From positions 1-49,409 of the forward strand of contig JASEGJ010000007.1 in NCBI GenBank assembly GCA_030018135.1: a DNA stretch of 49,409 nucleotides, given 5' to 3'. Under the pieces are notes generated by a model, which ran no database searches, was not told where the DNA came from, and was given only the letters and a program-made list of their open reading frames with translations. Made by a program: the position numbers and the translations under genes. Positions 46,788 to 49,409 of this stretch are shown here, one piece after another. Position 1 is the first letter of the stretch. The number at the start of each line of letters is the position of its first letter. This DNA comes from Candidatus Hodarchaeaceae archaeon. GTDB taxonomy: Archaea > Hadarchaeota > Hadarchaeia > Hadarchaeales > Hadarchaeaceae.

Positions 46788-46822
46788 TATACCTAAATAT
46801 AGTTATATTTTACCTAAGTATA
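46788..46822. promoter_or_regulatory. Tandem operator-like boxes upstream of wHTH-MNT
   Basis: TACCTAAATATA (46790-46801) and TACCTAAGTATA (46811-46822), 21 bp apart; consensus TATAC-N4-GTATA. Confidence 0.55.
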
Positions 46823-46988
46823 AATATTTTTTTCAGGCCCGATCTCGCCCAACTACATAAGTGGGCGGAAGACCGACGAGGGGTACCTATCCTCCTTAAT
46901 TGAAACATGATCGGGCACGGGAAGTTGGTGAAATTCGACGGGCAACAGAAGATTAACAGCAAACGGTTTACATTTCATGTGGGCTACG

Positions 46989-47405
46989 ATGTCGCTGGAA
47001 GAAAAAATAAAGGAACTCCTCGGACGAGAGAGGCACATCGAACTAGCGTACCTTTTCGGCTCGGCGGCACGGGGGAAAATTAGCAAGCTGAGCGATGTCG
47101 ACGTAGCTGTTTACCTCGATGAGTCCCTCTCGAGCGATGAAAGGTTCAAACTGCAACTCAGACTGATGGGCGAGCTGGCCTCATTGCTCAGGACCGGTAA
47201 AATAGACCTCGTTGTGATGAACGATGCTCCTCCCGTCTTGAACTATGAGATAATCAGGTTCGAGCCCATCTACGTTAGGGATACATCAAAAAAGGTTAGG
47301 GTCGAACATAGCATAATGTCAAGGTACTTGGACAGGAGGTACTATGAGAAACGGATGCTCGAGACATTCTTAAGGAGGGTTTCCGAGAAGGGGTTGGATT
47401 GGTGA
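46989..47405 (+). CDS. MntA-type nucleotidyltransferase antitoxin
   Basis: AYLFGSAARG..LSDVDVAV and IDLVVMNDAPP. Confidence 0.9.
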   Translation: MSLEEKIKELLGRERHIELAYLFGSAARGKISKLSDVDVAVYLDESLSSDERFKLQLRLMGELASLLRTGKIDLVVMNDAPPVLNYEIIRFEPIYVRDTSKKVRVEHSIMSRYLDRRYYEKRMLETFLRRVSEKGLDW

Positions 47406-47409
47406 TTCG

Positions 47410-47831
47410 ATGGAAGCAAAGGAGAGCATAGCTAGAAAACTATGATGATGAAAAGGTGCACAGATTTCCTCCGAGCCAACCAGCACGTGAGCTCGGAAGA
47501 ACTCGAGAAAAACTACGCGCTGAGGAGCGCCATCGAGCGAAACTTTCAAGTTGCGATAGAGGCTGCCCTTGACACAGCGGAGGTGATCATCTCGGAGGAG
47601 GGTTTCGAGAAGCCCGAGGATTATCGGGGGGCAATTTTGGAGCTCGGGCGGGGAGGGATTCTCCCGCCGGAATTTGCGGAAAGGTTTGCACCAGCGGCCG
47701 GCTTTAGAAACATATTGGTTCACGGTTATGCGGAAGTCGACATAAAGAAATTGCACGAGCTTTTGCTGGAAGGGCCGAAGGATTTCGATGAGTTCGCGAG
47801 ACACGTAGCAAAGCATCTCGAAAAGGGGTAG
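47410..47831 (+). CDS. HepT/DUF86 HEPN RNase toxin with an apparent N-terminal 1-nt frameshift
   Basis: AIERNFQVAIE and FRNILVHGY (Rx4H). The RBS-linked ATG 47410 (MEAKESIARKL*) is out of frame with the main ORF 47442-47831. Confidence 0.8.
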
Positions 47832-47848
47832 CCAGCTAATGGGGCGGG

Positions 47849-48847
47849 TCAGGCTGGCCCGAGCTTGTAATACGGGCTGACCCTGTAAATGATGGCGAAG
47901 GCTATTAGCAATCCGCATATGATCATGGCCGCCCATGCGGCTGCGAGCAGGTTGTCGGCCTCCGCGCCGGGTGCCGCGACGAGCACTAAATCCCCGCTCA
48001 AATCGGCCAGCGGGCCCCGATGGGTCAACACCGTCAGCCAGGCGTTATCGCCGAACAACTCGGCAACCTCATGGCCGATCCGCTGGAGCTCGTCGATGCT
48101 CACGCTCAGCTCGAGGGCGACGTTTTCCTGACCCACCTCGAAGGACTCGATGTCGAAGCCAGCCGCCCGCACGGATCGCGCATCCAGCCTGTCCCGCGTC
48201 AGGCAGAATAGGGTTATCTCGGTGGTGCCGGAGGCCAGCGAGGAGATCTCCAGCGGGTAGTAGAGGAAGTCGCTCTCGAACGAGTAGAGGAGGGGCTCGA
48301 CGCTTTTCCTGCCCTCGTCCAAGTCGATGAGGTCGAAGACCCAATAATTCACGCCCCTTCGGATGTACCTCGCCGCCAGGTTTTCTAGCCCGCCGAAGGC
48401 GATGCCCTGCGCGAGGCCCCTGTCCGTCAAGAAGTTCTCGGCCCAATCGATGAGCTCCAGAGCGTCGTTGGCTCTAACCGCGGTGATATCGTGGGCACCG
48501 ATCCGCTGGTGGAATACCACCTCGATCGGCGCCTCGCCAAGCACCCCCCTCTTGGCAAACGCGTCTCCGGCGTATTTGTTGACCAAATTTTGGATTTCGA
48601 CGAAGGAGTTGAAGTCGCCCGCCTCCACCTCGGGCAGGGATGGGAACGGCATGATTTCTAGGGCCCAGGTGTTCTCGCTCGCGTAAACGTCTGTGGAGAG
48701 GATCATTACCTCTCGCTCGCCGTTCCACGCGATGATCGCCTTTTGACCGGGCTCCCAAACCGAGACCGGCCCGGGCGCCACCATACCTCGGTCTGCTGCA
48801 ACGGTCGACGCCGCCGCGGAGAGGAGCATCGGGACGACTAGGATCAA
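47849..48847 (-). CDS. Secreted DUF2330-like protein with C-terminal membrane anchor
   Basis: Signal peptide, EPGQKAIIAWNGEREVMILSTD, IMPFPSLP, YYPLEISS and a C-terminal hydrophobic helix. Confidence 0.65.
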   Translation of the reverse strand: MILVVPMLLSAAASTVAADRGMVAPGPVSVWEPGQKAIIAWNGEREVMILSTDVYASENTWALEIMPFPSLPEVEAGDFNSFVEIQNLVNKYAGDAFAKRGVLGEAPIEVVFHQRIGAHDITAVRANDALELIDWAENFLTDRGLAQGIAFGGLENLAARYIRRGVNYWVFDLIDLDEGRKSVEPLLYSFESDFLYYPLEISSLASGTTEITLFCLTRDRLDARSVRAAGFDIESFEVGQENVALELSVSIDELQRIGHEVAELFGDNAWLTVLTHRGPLADLSGDLVLVAAPGAEADNLLAAAWAAMIICGLLIAFAIIYRVSPYYKLGPA

Positions 48848-49079
48848 AATGTACGGGGGCTTACCCGTGGTCGCACCCTTTCTGTTTTAGAGCTAGCTCG
48901 GCTTAAATTTTATTTCATCTTTGAAACCACCCCCAAAGGCAAAAATCCCGGTCGGTGCGTTTTGAGTTTTTGGGCAGCTTTCGGATAAAGGGACCCGCAA
49001 GAGCGGGATGGTAGCTCTCCCTATCGACTCGAGCAGGTATTTTTGAACCGAGACGAAATTGTTTATCTTGCCCCCCTCA

Positions 49080-49280
49080 CCCGCCCGCCCTCCTCGGCCA
49101 GCGCATAAACCTCCTGCGCGGGAATCGAACTTCATCGCCACAAGCAGCCCCTTGCCCTCGAGCGAGTAAAGCAGCGGGTAGACCGCGCCCTGGCTGAGGA
49201 AGGTGCGGTATCGCTGGTAGATTGACCTGATCACATTGTGGCCGGTTAAAAGGTTGTGGTAAGGCGCAAATGAAAAAAAA
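49080..49280 (-). pseudogene. PadR-family wHTH regulator remnant (boundaries approximate)
   Basis: LTGHNVIRSIYQRYRTFLSQGAVYPLLYSLEGKGLL matches the PadR core; the flanking N-terminus and wing are degraded. Confidence 0.6.
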
Positions 49281-49409
49281 AAATTTTGATACACATGTAT
49301 CAAAAAAGCATGTTGCCGAAGGTGAAAGAAAAGTTTTAAAAATCCCCCGGGGGTGGGTTTTCCTCAGGATTATTGATTTAAACAACCAAGTCCCATGGAT
49401 TTTGGAGGC

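Noticed and set aside
1-49409. CRISPR array, rRNA, integrase or transposase
   Set aside because: No regularly spaced repeats, rRNA-like sequence, or recombinase/DDE motifs were seen.

Overview
This is an archaeal chromosomal window, judged from the MoaD/SAMP, RFC-large, Lhr, Mre11/Rad50 and Lrp genes, the TATA/BRE promoters and the GGAGG/GGTGA ribosome-binding sites; the lineage cannot be assigned from sequence alone. From left to right it contains: a nucleobase-catabolism block (two amidohydrolases, a DHOD-like flavoprotein and PreT/PreA); HD hydrolase and SAMP; lhr divergent from topA-mre11-rad50; a four-gene pilin-like cluster; rfcL; aminopeptidase, truA and a creatininase-family gene; a molybdopterin operon interrupted by an opposite-strand insert carrying a frameshifted exported MTA/SAH nucleosidase; a VapBC-type TA pair; a his operon (DUF1152-PHP-hisC-G-A-B-F-D-H-I, no hisE) with a divergent Lrp gene; and an accessory right end. 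The most notable candidate is a ComQ/ComX-like peptide-prenylation (possible quorum-sensing) locus at 41.8-45.4 kb. It comprises a polyprenyl-synthase homologue with ComQ-type degenerate motifs, an unannotated 12-14 aa Trp-containing peptide gene with its own RBS and TATA box, an MFS-like membrane protein, a MinD/ParA ATPase and a wHTH regulator, with a low-GC segment covering the prenyltransferase 3' end, the peptide and most of the membrane protein. A wHTH protein ending in an HbYX-like proteasome-docking motif, a tRNA 3' fragment and two MNT-HEPN pairs are also present. All calls come from reading motifs by eye; no database searches were run.
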